A stretch of 20,000 nucleotides of DNA from assembly GCF_000281045.1 (NCBI RefSeq), contig NW_008246130.1, positions 233,903 through 253,902 of the forward strand. Reading direction: 5' to 3'. This stretch comes from Saprolegnia diclina VS20. Taxonomy: Eukaryota. The notes beneath the pieces are model-generated. The model was given only the letters and a program-made list of their open reading frames with translations, ran no database searches and had not been told where the DNA came from. This document shows positions 1 to 10,439 of this stretch, one piece after another (the stretch's first letter is position 1; every line of letters begins with the position of its first letter). The position numbers and the translations under genes were made by a program.

Positions 1-1
1 C

Positions 2-562
2 CGGCGAAAGGCGTTGACGATCGACCAAAAAGTGAACCTCAAGTCGATCCATTACATGAGCAAGCTCCATCTCGATGCGGAGCTCGCGCTCGGCGTCTCA
101 GACGACGACGATGAGGCTGCGGTGGCACCCGTGGGGCTCAAGCGAGGCAAATCTGCCACAGCTGCTGTTGAGCCAGATGACAACGTCTCGTACAGCGGAA
201 GCTCCAACTACGACTCGGGCGACGACGACGACCACTACACAAGCATGAGTGAGTACGAGGCCGAGGAAAACTTTTACAGCGACGACTCGGACTTTGACGA
301 CGACGGACCGCCGCGCGCCGAGCTCCTCGCGTACAGCGAGGACTTTGAAGACACGGAGGCCGAGGTCATCGAGTACGCCCAGGATGAAGATGACGACGAC
401 GCGTCCGTCTCGAGTGACTCTGAGGACATTGTTGTCCTGCCCCACGACCCAAAGCAGCTGCTCCTTGAAAGCTACATGGGGGAAGAGGTCGAAATCGTCC
501 GACGACCAAGTGGTCGACGCGCCTCAAAAGAAAACCTCCGCGACGCCGTGTGTGCGACGTAA
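2..562 (+). CDS. 3' end of an acidic, low-complexity protein of unknown function (5'-truncated by window edge)
   Basis: Frame is open from base 2 to TAA 560-562, with GC3-rich coding-like codons and a D/E/S-rich sequence. No recognisable domain. The TTG at 14 is not taken as a real start. Confidence 0.7.
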   Translation, partial: RRKALTIDQKVNLKSIHYMSKLHLDAELALGVSDDDDEAAVAPVGLKRGKSATAAVEPDDNVSYSGSSNYDSGDDDDHYTSMSEYEAEENFYSDDSDFDDDGPPRAELLAYSEDFEDTEAEVIEYAQDEDDDDASVSSDSEDIVVLPHDPKQLLLESYMGEEVEIVRRPSGRRASKENLRDAVCAT

Positions 563-964
563 CTTGACGCGAAAAGACTTGAACCTTCGCAACAAGATTG
601 TGTATTTCATTTCGTTGTACATGGGTCTCGACCGTTGGGGCCCTCTTGGCAACTGCTGTGCCGGTAGCGTAGGTATATCAACAGCTTGGGAGCTTCGTCG
701 TGTTCAAGCGCAATTTTCTGCCGATGTGATCGAGTGCTTTCAAGAGCCCCCATTTTGTAGCCGGTCGGCTGAGTCCCTTAGGTATATCGTCCCTTACGTC
801 AAGGAGTTTGTCGCGTCACCTCACCAAATCCGAGGCGCCTAAGTCGTTGCCATGATCGACCAACGACTTGATCGAACGAGAGTGAGAGACTGCCACGTCA
901 CAGTGCCTCAGCGTCCGGATAGCTTGCACGTCCGGATATTTTATTTGGACGACTGCGACGAACG

Positions 965-1251
965 ATGGTGAGGGGCAGCGTGGTGCACGACGGCGATGGC
1001 TCATGTCGACGTAGACGGCGCTCTTTAACTTCACGGGTATGCTCACGATGGTGCTGCTCTTCATTTGCACATGCACCTACATCCGCATGAAGTTCCCGAC
1101 GCTCTTCGACCGAGGCCAGCTGCCGGGGAAGCACGAGGGCCTCACGGGGCTCTGCTGGAAAGCCTCGCGCATCGGCGAGCGCAAGAGCGAGTGGGTCGCC
1201 GGCATGCTTCTGGCCATGGCCGTCCACCGCCTTTTCGTCGCGCCCGCATAA
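965..1251 (+). CDS. TMEM167: Protein Kish (TMEM167 family), 79 aa, 2 exons
   Basis: Exons 965-967 (ATG only) and 1015-1251; intron 968-1014 GTGAGG..GTAG (47 nt). Product MTALFNFTGMLTMVLLFICTCTYIR...GLCWKASRIGER matches the Kish signatures F.F..L...LL.ICTC.Y and WK.ARIGER. Confidence 0.93.
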
Positions 1252-1380
1252 GCCTTCTAGCCTTCGGTCGCCCCTCATTTGCACCAGGCGACGACCATGC
1301 AATCAGTCATTGATGCGCAGGAAGACAATAACAATGCATGTTGGTGTAGTTGTATACTTGCGTCCTGTGCACAGCGACGA

Positions 1381-3429
1381 CTACGTACCCTCGGAGAGCA
1401 CGAGGTGTGCCTGCTTGGTTTGTTTTTGCCGACGGTCGAGCGACTGCATCTTAGCACTGACGTTGGTCTTCTGCTGAGCAAGCTCCTCCTTGAGCTGCTT
1501 GAGCCGCTTCTCTTGCTTCTTCTTTCCGGGCGCGTGGCCGTGGAAACGGTACGAAAGCTGTCGGAAGGCTTCCTTCTTTGTCAAGAGCCGGCCAAATTCG
1601 TCCCGGTAGTCTAGCTTGACGCCGTCCTTGATTTGGAGCTCGTCGTTGAAGCTGCGGTCGCGGTGGTCGTTCGCACGGCCTGCTTGGCGCAATTGCACAT
1701 CTTCGCGAAGGTCCCCGCGGTTCCGAAGCAGCGCGAGTGTTGCAGCCATGCCCGTTTGCACCAAGGGCTCCTCAACACCCCACGTCGCTTCGTCATCGTC
1801 ATCCTCGTCGTCGTCGGCATCTTGCTGCGCCTCGTTGGCAGGAGCATCCGTCTTTGTCTCTTCTTCGTCCTCGTCCAACGCCGGTGCCGCAACCTTGTCG
1901 GCCGTCGCGACGCGGGCGTCCATGGCATTCTTGACGCGCACGTCAAAGTCCGTCGCCTCGCTAAAGACGATCGTGTTGGCTGTCGGCGCGTCGCGGTGGA
2001 TGTTGTGCGACGCGGCGCTGTCAGCTGCCACTTGCGACAAGATACGCGCTTCGTTGGACTCGATTACCGAGCTCTTGGCCTGCAGTGCGGCTTGGCGGGC
2101 GCGGGCAAGCGACGCACTGAGCTCTTCATCAATGTCCTCCACAGCGGCAGCTTTGGCCTTCTCGGCCTCGCGGCGGCGGGCGTTCTCAAACTTCGCGCGG
2201 TTCTGCGCCTCGAGGGTCGCGACTGCGCTCGCTGCATCCGCCCGGCGCTTGCCGTGGTCGCCCGTAGAGGCACTAGCCTCGGCTTCGAGCTGCTCGACGA
2301 GGTCCTTGGTTGCACTCTCAGCTTCGTCCTCGTCATCGTTCTCGCGCCGGCGCGACTTGCCGCCCTTCTTTTTCCGAAGCTTCTTGGTCTTCTTCTTGTT
2401 GAAGACTGCCATCTCGTCGGGTGTGTAGTAGTCGTCCATGGCCTGGAACTGCTTGATGGAGCCCAGGGTGGCGGTGCTTGCTGATGCCGCCGACGCTGAC
2501 ACGGACGGAGTCTCGACGACATGACCCCCGAGGGCACTCAGCGCAAACTTCTTTCGCGCACGTGCTTCCTTCATATCGTCCTCTTCGTCGTATTGCATGA
2601 GCAAGCGCTTCTTGGGCCGGTCACCGAGCACCGTCGAGAACTCATCATCGTCAAAGCCCGAGTAGACGGGCCCGGCTGCGCGCTTCGCCATGTCTTCGCG
2701 CTCTTTACGCTTGTCGGCCTCGGTCAGCGTCACGTTTTCGAGCTCGTCGTCAGCGTCGTTTACGTTGCCCATGTCATCCGTAAGGATACGGTTGTCCTTC
2801 AACGTCAAAATGACGTCTTCGCCTTCTTCGAACGACTGCGCGTCGTGAGCGACCGTGAGACCTTGAAGGTCCATTGCGCTATAGGTTGAAGAGGCAGGCG
2901 CGGGGGCTTTCGTGCCTGGAAGAGATGCAGGCGCCGTTGTCCGACTGCGACGGACCCAATCGAGGGTTGACGTTGCATCTTCGGCGAGCGTCTCACCGAG
3001 GGACTTGCCTTGCATCTTGGCGGTATACTCGCGCTTTCGCTTGGACTTTTCCAGTGTTTCCTTGAGCTGCTTCTGGTGCGCCTCGGCTGCGAGGTCTTCA
3101 CGCGACTTGGCCAGGTTGACCTCCTTGGACTCGGGCTTGGTGAGACGGAGAGGCTTGAGTCCCATCGAGATACGAAGCTTGTTCGTCTCTTCGACACTCA
3201 TGCTGATTTCGCCGTTGCTCTCTGTGACCTTGGGCTTCGAGTCCTCCGGCGCCTTGTTCGGCGACTCCTTGACCTCCTCGACAGAGCTCCATCGATGCCG
3301 GCGCTCAGGCGTGCGATCCTTCTCATTGTCACGGTGACGGTCGCGTCCATCACGGTGGCGGTTGCTGCGACCGCGGCTCCGACTGCGGCTCCGACTGCGG
3401 TGGCGAGCAGGACTGCGGCTTCGTCCCAT
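1381..3429 (-). CDS. SART1: U4/U6.U5 tri-snRNP-associated protein 1 (SART1/Snu66), 682 aa
   Basis: N-terminal RS repeat; HIND motif SMSVEETNKLRISMGLKPL; ILTLKD; C-terminal YRDEFGRLLTKKEAFRQLSYRFHGHAPGKKKQEKRL. Confidence 0.95.
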   Translation of the reverse strand: MGRSRSPARHRSRSRSRSRGRSNRHRDGRDRHRDNEKDRTPERRHRWSSVEEVKESPNKAPEDSKPKVTESNGEISMSVEETNKLRISMGLKPLRLTKPESKEVNLAKSREDLAAEAHQKQLKETLEKSKRKREYTAKMQGKSLGETLAEDATSTLDWVRRSRTTAPASLPGTKAPAPASSTYSAMDLQGLTVAHDAQSFEEGEDVILTLKDNRILTDDMGNVNDADDELENVTLTEADKRKEREDMAKRAAGPVYSGFDDDEFSTVLGDRPKKRLLMQYDEEDDMKEARARKKFALSALGGHVVETPSVSASAASASTATLGSIKQFQAMDDYYTPDEMAVFNKKKTKKLRKKKGGKSRRRENDDEDEAESATKDLVEQLEAEASASTGDHGKRRADAASAVATLEAQNRAKFENARRREAEKAKAAAVEDIDEELSASLARARQAALQAKSSVIESNEARILSQVAADSAASHNIHRDAPTANTIVFSEATDFDVRVKNAMDARVATADKVAAPALDEDEEETKTDAPANEAQQDADDDEDDDDEATWGVEEPLVQTGMAATLALLRNRGDLREDVQLRQAGRANDHRDRSFNDELQIKDGVKLDYRDEFGRLLTKKEAFRQLSYRFHGHAPGKKKQEKRLKQLKEELAQQKTNVSAKMQSLDRRQKQTKQAHLVLSEGT

Positions 3430-3896
3430 GCTTCTCCGCAGCTCTGGTGTGTGGGCTGTCCGGATAATATGTCGGCTCCCTTCAGAATTTGTTTTTTACA
3501 AGCATTAAATATAATAGAGAGCACTCGATATTCGGTTGGATTGACTCTGCCGAAGCGCCGACGCTGTCTTCTGTGTCAACAATGACTGCACGCAGTCTTG
3601 ATCACTGTCAGGAGCAGGGCTCCCGCGGTATAATCTACTCTGGGCGTGAGCTACTTGCACGAGTGGAGGCCATATTCCAATAGTTGGTCATAGCTGTTGG
3701 CCGTAAACACCCCACACTGCATCTTACCAGGATCTCGCAAGGCACGGCCGCAGGATGGACTCCGTCCAGAGTTGTCAGTGCGGCAAATATCGTCAGGCTG
3801 AGACAATCCAATTAGATTCGTCGACAAAAGATGACATCAGATTGCGTATATTGGTGCCAGTCGGCGAATCTAGAAAACTCGAGACTAGATGAATAT

Positions 3897-4922
3897 TTAC
3901 TTCTTGGCAACACCGCCGGTCGTGCCCATGCCGAGCGCCGACTTGAACGAGTCGTAGATCCACCACTGGAGACCCGTGAGCGTACCGATCATGATGATAC
4001 GCGTGCCGAGGCCCTTCGTGGCGAGGTTGGCGAAGCCGGTCTCCGAGGCAATCTGGCCGAGGCCCTTGCCCTTGTTCTCGGCCTTGCCCATAAGCGAGAC
4101 GAGAGAGTCGGCGGGGTGCGAGACAATGGCGCAGATGACACCGGCAAGGTAACCCGAGGCGAACGTGACACCGAGCTGCGTGCTCTTGGGGTACGACTCC
4201 TTGGGCTCGGTAAAGACGTGCGTGTAGAACGCCTCGACGACCTTCTCGAAGAAAAAGAACTTGGCCATCGTGTACGGGATCTGGCGCGACCACAACGGGA
4301 CGACCGAGCCGAAAGGGTAGCGGGTCTCGGCGGCGTTGGCCTTCATGGCGGCGACGGCAGGGCCGAGCTCGACGGGGAACGTGCCGGCAGGCGACGTCTG
4401 GACCTTCACCTTGACCATTTCCATGGGGCAGAGGGCAACATCGGCGATAAACTCAGCCGAGGCCGAACCAGCCAAGAAGATCATGCCACGGTACTTGTAC
4501 GCGTTCTCCTCGCCGGCGAGCGTCGAGTAGAAATCCTTAAAGATTTCGTAGAAGCCGAACTTGCAAAAGCCCTGGGCCGAGTAGCCGATGGCCGTGGGCG
4601 CCCAGCCCTTGAAGAGGGCCGAAGCACCTTCCTCAGCAGCGACGAGCTTGATGCCCTGGACGAGGCCGTTGTACTTGCCGGGGAAGACCTGCATGTTGCA
4701 CTTGACGACGTCCAACGGCGTGATGAGCGTGTGCGTAAGGCCGCACGAGAGGATACCGCCGATCATGCACTTGCCGTAGTACGAAGCGTCGTGGGGCACC
4801 GCGTGCGAGTAGCGGGCATCCCACTTGGCAGCCGACGTGGCCAAGGGCGCGCGGCGGCCCGAGGTCATGGGCGAGAAGCCGGCGACGGGCGCGGGCGCGG
4901 AGAGCGAAGCGACGAACGACAT
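3897..4922 (-). CDS. SLC25A3: Mitochondrial phosphate carrier (SLC25A3/MIR1 family), 341 aa
   Basis: First in-frame ATG at 4922 (MSFVASL). Motifs GGILSCGLTHTLITPLDVVKC, GYSAQGFCKFGFYE, ALCPMEMVKV, RQIPYTMAKF, RIIMIGTLTGLQWWIYD. Confidence 0.95.
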   Translation of the reverse strand: MSFVASLSAPAPVAGFSPMTSGRRAPLATSAAKWDARYSHAVPHDASYYGKCMIGGILSCGLTHTLITPLDVVKCNMQVFPGKYNGLVQGIKLVAAEEGASALFKGWAPTAIGYSAQGFCKFGFYEIFKDFYSTLAGEENAYKYRGMIFLAGSASAEFIADVALCPMEMVKVKVQTSPAGTFPVELGPAVAAMKANAAETRYPFGSVVPLWSRQIPYTMAKFFFFEKVVEAFYTHVFTEPKESYPKSTQLGVTFASGYLAGVICAIVSHPADSLVSLMGKAENKGKGLGQIASETGFANLATKGLGTRIIMIGTLTGLQWWIYDSFKSALGMGTTGGVAKK

Positions 4923-4935
4923 CTTCAGTACGACT

Positions 4936-4952
4936 CGAAAATGAAAGTGAGC
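4936..4952 (-). promoter_or_regulatory. Oomycete INR/FPR-like core promoter of the phosphate carrier gene
   Basis: Minus strand GCTCACTTTCATTTTCG, ending 13 nt upstream of the ATG, resembles the oomycete YCAYTYY + MWTTTNC core. A CCAAT box (ATTGG 5086-5090) lies further upstream. Confidence 0.6.
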
Positions 4953-5852
4953 TGCATGAGCCCCAGGCGCAGGCGCACTTAAGCCACCTTCGATCGTCTT
5001 CCTCGGCGTTGAGCGCCGCACTTAAGAGTGCCAAACGAAGTTTAATTACGGCATGGCGATAACCACAAACTCGCTGTCTCGCGTGATTGGGGGAGCCGGC
5101 AGGGCTCGGGGATTATGCAACCGTGCCACGCAAAACCAGGACAATGCGACACGCGGCGCCCAGCTAGGAGTGAAATTAGGACTTTTCGAAAGATCTTTTA
5201 ATGGCCAGGAGCCGTCATACAAATGACAAGATAGGGGCTGCAGAGGAACAAAAAAACACACCGCACACATCTGCGATACGGCCAGCCACGTAATGGGGGG
5301 TGCATCAGTATTCACTTGCTGGGGGGCCTACGAAAATGGACCACCGCGAGCCAAACTGCAAGCCCGATGGCGTGCGTCCTAGTACTGCCTTCTGCGCCAC
5401 TCGTTGAGGCACAGCGAGATGAGCAACGACGATCTGCAGGATATTTAAAGTGGACGTTGTAACTTACGAAGATGTGAAGGCCCTACCGGTATATTTATCG
5501 GCTGCCTGCAGTGTAGTACCAGTAGCCTCCCACGGCGACTTAAAGCCCTTGTCTTCGGAAACGTTAGAGTTTGAAGAAACATATTTTACAAACGATAATG
5601 GAAAAAACTGCGGCTCTTTGCCGACTTCGTTGACGTACGATTGTAGCTTCGTGCATTGCGCAAGCTATTGCGCACTACCGGTAAGCAGATAGACACTGGG
5701 CCACGCTGCTAAATAGATGCTGGGTGTGTATCTCATCGCCAATTTCAGGTAGGGGTGGGGAGGGGGTGGCAGCGTATGGTATTGCCGTCGCCGTCAAGTC
5801 ACTTGGACATCATTTGGCTTTCCTTTCCGCCGTGATAACGAGTACTAACATA

Positions 5853-6536
5853 ATGGTCTCGACGTCCTTTGAAGCAGTGATCGCGGCCGCCGACGAGACG
5901 CAGGTCAAGCTCATGGAGGAGATGTGCATCCAGGTCGACGAGACGGACCGCAACCTCGGCCCGATCTCCAAGAAGGACTCGCACTACAAAGACGGCGTGC
6001 TCCACCGCGCATTCTCGGTCTTCCTCTTCACGCCCGACAACAAGCTCATGATCCAGAAGCGCGCAGCCGAAAAGATCACGTTCCCCGACTTCTGGGCCAA
6101 CACTTGCTGCAGCCACCCGCTGCACTTTGCGGCTGAATTGGAGGAGAAGGAGCACCTCGGTGTCAAGCGCGCGGCCATTCGCAAGCTTGAGCATGAGCTT
6201 GGCATCCCGCTTGACACATTCACGACGGGCCAGTTCAAGTTTATCACCAAGGTGCTTTACCGCGCGCCGTACGATGAGAACTGGAGCGAGTACGAAGTCG
6301 ACCACATCCTCCTCGTGCGCGCGGCCGTCAACGTCAACATCAACCCGAACGAAGTCGCTGAAATCCGCCTCGTCGCCCGGGATGAGCTCGAGAGCGTGAT
6401 CAACGACAAGAGCCTCTTGATTTCGCCGTGGTTCAAGCTCATCTCGCAGACGCTTCTGCCGCAGTGGTGGGACAACCTCGACGCCTGCCTCGAAAAGGAC
6501 AACAACGACGAGACGATTCACAACTACATCAAGTAA
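5853..6536 (+). CDS. IDI1: Isopentenyl-diphosphate delta-isomerase type 1, 227 aa
   Basis: ATG 5853 (MVSTSFE). Motifs LHRAFSVFLF, QKRAAEKITFP..WANTCCSHPL, AAIRKLEHELGI, W.EYEVDHIL, ISPWF. Confidence 0.95.
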   Translation: MVSTSFEAVIAAADETQVKLMEEMCIQVDETDRNLGPISKKDSHYKDGVLHRAFSVFLFTPDNKLMIQKRAAEKITFPDFWANTCCSHPLHFAAELEEKEHLGVKRAAIRKLEHELGIPLDTFTTGQFKFITKVLYRAPYDENWSEYEVDHILLVRAAVNVNINPNEVAEIRLVARDELESVINDKSLLISPWFKLISQTLLPQWWDNLDACLEKDNNDETIHNYIK

Positions 6537-6632
6537 GATGGCACACCGGACACCGGTACTAGGTCCCTGATGTGGATAAATGCATTACGATTGATGTAAT
6601 ACACAACCATGGACGCTGTTCGATTGAAATCA

Positions 6633-7494
6633 CTAGAAGCGAGGGAGCAGCGTCGAGAGTTTGTTCTTCAGGTCGCTGACGTACGAGCTGACAGAGAAGG
6701 CTTGAAATTGCGACACCCGCATGCCTGGGAAACATTGCACATGATCCACGCAGACTCGTGACGTACCAGCGCTGCTGAGGTAGTTGCCGTTGTAGTCTGT
6801 GCCTGTCCAGCCAACGTAAATCTACAAACAATACTTGATTTGACTTTTTCGGCTCGTCTTGCAATCGTACGCCAAGGTCGCAGGCATTGTCTGTGGCCGT
6901 ACACGTTGTGCGGTTCATGTAGCACGTGCTACCGTCGCCGAAGGCCGAGTTGAGGAGCGGTAGCTTGGGCGAGGCATAGAGGTTCGACGAGCATGATGCT
7001 GCGTCGCAGAGGTAGCAACCATCGTCCCACGAGATGCCTTGAATCTACAGTACACTACACAAGTTGGACGACCAAAATCGTGCGTACGATGCCATTGGCG
7101 ACCGTAATGATCGCAGTGAGTGTCGGAAAGGCGCGCCCTGTCACGTCCGTGTACAACTTGTAAACGGAGCGCGTCGTTATACTCGAGAGCGTGAGGAAGG
7201 AGGGCGCGCTCGCGTTCACAATTCGATTGTCCGAGTATGCTACGATGTTGTCCACAGTATAGTTGACGCATGAAGGCGTGGGTGCCTACAGTTGTACATG
7301 CGGAGCTGCACATAGTCGTCAACGGTCGGCGTGAAGACGGCACGGTACATGTCGTTGACGTTGATGCAGATGTAGGTTTGGTCGCCTTTGACGAGCGGTG
7401 TCGATGAGTTCTTATCGTTGCAGAGACCCGAGACGATCGCGCCATCGGCCACAACGGCGATGAGCGCAACGACGACAGCCAACAAGCCGTGCAT
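6633..7494 (-). CDS. Putative secreted cysteine-rich glycoprotein of unknown function, 225 aa, 5 exons
   Basis: Exons 7494-7290, 7239-7088, 7044-6871, 6821-6767, 6724-6633. Four GT-AG introns (50, 43, 49, 42 nt) join into one open frame ending TAG. Hydrophobic N-terminus MHGLLAVVVALIAVVADG; 8 Cys; motifs ISWDDGCYLC and IYVGWTGTDYNGNYLSSAG. Confidence 0.8.
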
Positions 7495-7825
7495 GCTAAA
7501 GGCGGATGAAAGACTGGAGCAAGCGAAACGACTGCCGTGAGCTGTGAAACGACTGGGATTTTCGGTAGAAATCGACCAATCTCTCGTCAAGTTTTTTTCC
7601 ATTATCCGCAAGCGGCAGACCTCTGCAATTGAACCGGTTGGACTACTGCATCACGTAAGCAAGCAGCATACTCATTTTCTCCTGGATTCTCTTCGTCATG
7701 ACGGGGCGATGGGCCATCGTCACCCAACGCGCCGTCGAAATCGGAAGATCTCGACTCTTCCGGAAGCGGCTGGGTATCCGAACAAGAGCGAAGTGGGTCA
7801 ATCGATATTTTGCGTTTCTGCGACC

Positions 7826-8698
7826 ATGGCTGAAGACTTGCGGGCGCTGCGCAACTACATTACGGCCAAGGACGGCTACGAGTACACGGGTGTCGCCGAT
7901 GGTCTTGTCTGTGTGCACATCACGCACTCGCACCTCCAGCGCTCGATCGTCGACATCCGGCTCGACATGCACGCGACGATTGGCGAAGTGAAGGAAAAAA
8001 TCTACCGCCATTGCGGCACGAAGCCTGACTACATGACGCTTATCCTCAAGAACGGGTCGTCGGCTGTCGGTATCCTTGACGACGAAAACCGCAAACTCGG
8101 CTACTACCCTGTGCAGCATGGCATGACGCTGCACGTCCAAGACAACGACCCATTCTCGCTCTCGAAAGGCGGGGGCCTGGACGACGTCTCGCTCGTGCAA
8201 AAGTACGAGATTAGCGAGGAAGACTATGACAAGCGTACATTGCACTGTCATGCGCGCGTCGAATGTCACTGATGGAAACATGTTGTAGGCCAAAACACGG
8301 TGCGCAACTACAAGCGTGAGCAGCTTGCCAAGGACCCGAACTGGAAGCCACCGGTGCTTCCTGGTGCATCCAAGGCCAACCGAGCAGCAAGCGAAATTGT
8401 CTTTGACGCCGAGTCTGTCAAAGGTATCGAAATCGGCAACCGCTGCGAGGTGAACCCGGGTGGCCGCCGCGGCCGTGTCGCGTTCATGGGGACCGTTGCG
8501 GAGCTCGCTGGCGCCCCCGGCGAGAGCTATTGGGTTGGTGTCGTTTTCGACGAGCCCGTAGGCAAAGGCAATGGTTGTGCCAAGGGAAAGCGGTACTTTG
8601 ACTGCGCCGAGAAGTTCGGCGGCTTCATTCGCCCCAACAACGTCACAGTTGGAGACTTTCCGATCGAAGACGAGCTCCTCTCAGATGACGAGTTTTAG
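7826..8698 (+). CDS. TBCB: Tubulin-folding cofactor B (Ubl + CAP-Gly), 272 aa, 2 exons
   Basis: Exons 7826-8234 and 8289-8698 (54-nt intron). Ubl domain followed by VQKYEISEEDYDKRQNTVRNYK, then CAP-Gly YWVGVVFDEPVGKGNG...YF.C..KFGGFIRP..V.VGDFP. Confidence 0.93.
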
Positions 8699-9024
8699 AG
8701 TTTGACGTAGTAGCTATGATTGCATCAATATTCTAACGCATTGCCTTCGCACATCATGACCCACGATGTTCTCCAGTCTCTGCAGCTCCTCACGCTTGCA
8801 TGTGTCAACTACAAAATACTCGGTTGGCCAACTACAGGCCGTGCGACGGCCCAATGTCATGATGCTCGCGCGCTTTCCATTAGCCGGAGGCGAGGTCGTC
8901 AAATTGCCTTGCATAATCGGTCTCCTAGCGTCAGGGTCTCCAGCGCCAGGGGCGTCGTTCCGTGTGTCAAGGGGACAAGGCCGTAGTAAAGAAATACACT
9001 GCGTTGTTGGCTGCTACTACACGT

Positions 9025-9267
9025 CTAAATTTCGGCCTTGCGCAAGATTTCGTCTACGTTCCAGCGCTTGTTCTTGGAGAGCGGGCGCGTGTGGCTCAGG
9101 CGCACCATGTCGCCGATGTTGCAAGCGTTCTCTTCGTCGTGGGCCATGAACTTCTTGGTCTTCTTGTAGTACTTGCCGTACTTTGGGTCCTTGACGATGC
9201 GCGTGACGGCCACGAGCACGCTCTTCTGCATCTTGTCGCTGACAATCTTCCCGAAAATCGGCTTCAT
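9025..9267 (-). CDS. MRPS17: Bacterial-type ribosomal protein uS17, probably mitochondrial, 80 aa
   Basis: [21 protein letters not shown]...PKYGKY...[30 protein letters not shown] is the uS17 (rpsQ-like) signature. The longer 9627 start in the ORF track is antisense to Rrp40. Confidence 0.9.
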   Translation of the reverse strand: MKPIFGKIVSDKMQKSVLVAVTRIVKDPKYGKYYKKTKKFMAHDEENACNIGDMVRLSHTRPLSKNKRWNVDEILRKAEI

Positions 9268-9405
9268 CTTTGCGTCGACGGCCAACAATTCTCCTCTGGA
9301 AGCACTGGTGGCCCCGTGGGAAAACCGGATAATCGCATCCGGATCGCCCAAGCCGCCCCGACCAATTGCATCATCTTTTGCCTCGATTCCGGAAGCGACA
9401 ACAGC

Positions 9406-10395
9406 ATGGCCGAAGAGTTCCTCTTGAGCACCGAGAAGAGCATCGACTTGGCCTTCAAGCCCGCGACCGTCCTGCCGGGCGACGACGTCACCAAGCATAT
9501 TGCCAACCTCTCGCAGAAACTGCGCCTCGGCGCCGGGCTCATCGCCAACGGCAATGCCATCACGAGTACTAACGCCGGCGTGCTGCGCTACCGCCCGCCC
9601 AACCGCTACTGGCTTGACTACAACCACAAGCGTGTACGTCTCGTGATCGGCATGTGTTTTATATACGCAGCACGCTCATCTATTCGTTGCCATTAGTATG
9701 TACCCGCTGTCGACGATGGTGTTGTGGGCCTTGTCGTCGACCGCAACGCCGAGTTCTACCGCTTGGACATTGGCGCCTCGTACGATATTTCTGCCGCGTA
9801 AAATCGAAAACTCAAGCGGCGATGACGTAGGTCGTATGCAACGCTGGGAATGCTTGCGTTCGACGGCGCCAGCAAGCGCAACCGCCCGAACTTGCAGCCG
9901 GGTGCGCTCGTCTACTGCCGCGTCTTGAGCACAAACCAAGACCTGGAGCCGGCGCTGACGTGCGAGGGTATTCGACAGGCATCGTGCTTGTGTGCTGACT
10001 TGCTTCTGTTTTTGTAGCTCCATCCCACATGTCGAAGAAGGACTGGATGACGGGCTTGGCTCTGTACGGCGAACTCAACGGCGGCTACGTCTTTAAGGCT
10101 TCGATCGGGCTCGCAAAGAGGTACCAATTTGTCATTTGTGTGCTGCGCGAAAAGTCTCACGATGGACAATGTCGTTAGCTTGCTGAAGGACGACTGTGCC
10201 GTTTTGAGTGCCCTGGGCAAGGCGATGCCGTTCGAAGTCGCTGCGGGCTTCAACGGTCTTGTGTGGGTCAACTCGTCGTCGTGTCATGACACAATTTTGA
10301 TTACGAATGCGATCCTCAACTCGGAAGGACTCCCGGATGCCCAGGTCGAAGCCATGGTGGACAAGCTTATCAGCGACCAGGGTACCCAGCATTAA
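9406..10395 (+). CDS. RRP40: Exosome complex component Rrp40 (EXOSC3), 255 aa, 5 exons
   Basis: Exons 9406-9633, 9697-9779, 9831-9967, 10018-10120, 10179-10395. Motifs [65 protein letters not shown]. Confidence 0.92.
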
Positions 10396-10439
10396 ATAAG
10401 TTCACGTTTGCTTTCTATTGCTCGCTTTCATTTGGCGTG

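Noticed and set aside
3363..3421. Short CCGACTGCGG-type repeats
   Set aside because: They simply encode the SART1 RS dipeptide repeat.
5748..5769. G-rich tract upstream of IDI1 as a G-quadruplex
   Set aside because: Only three runs of three or more G; no further support.
4923..5852. Longest intergenic region (930 bp) as host for an ncRNA or mobile element
   Set aside because: I saw no tRNA/snRNA boxes, terminal repeats or coding signal; it is consistent with a divergent promoter.
8714..8914. 66-aa minus-strand ORF in the unusually long (326-bp) TBCB/uS17 gap
   Set aside because: No recognisable homology or convincing splice pattern; cannot be supported without expression data.
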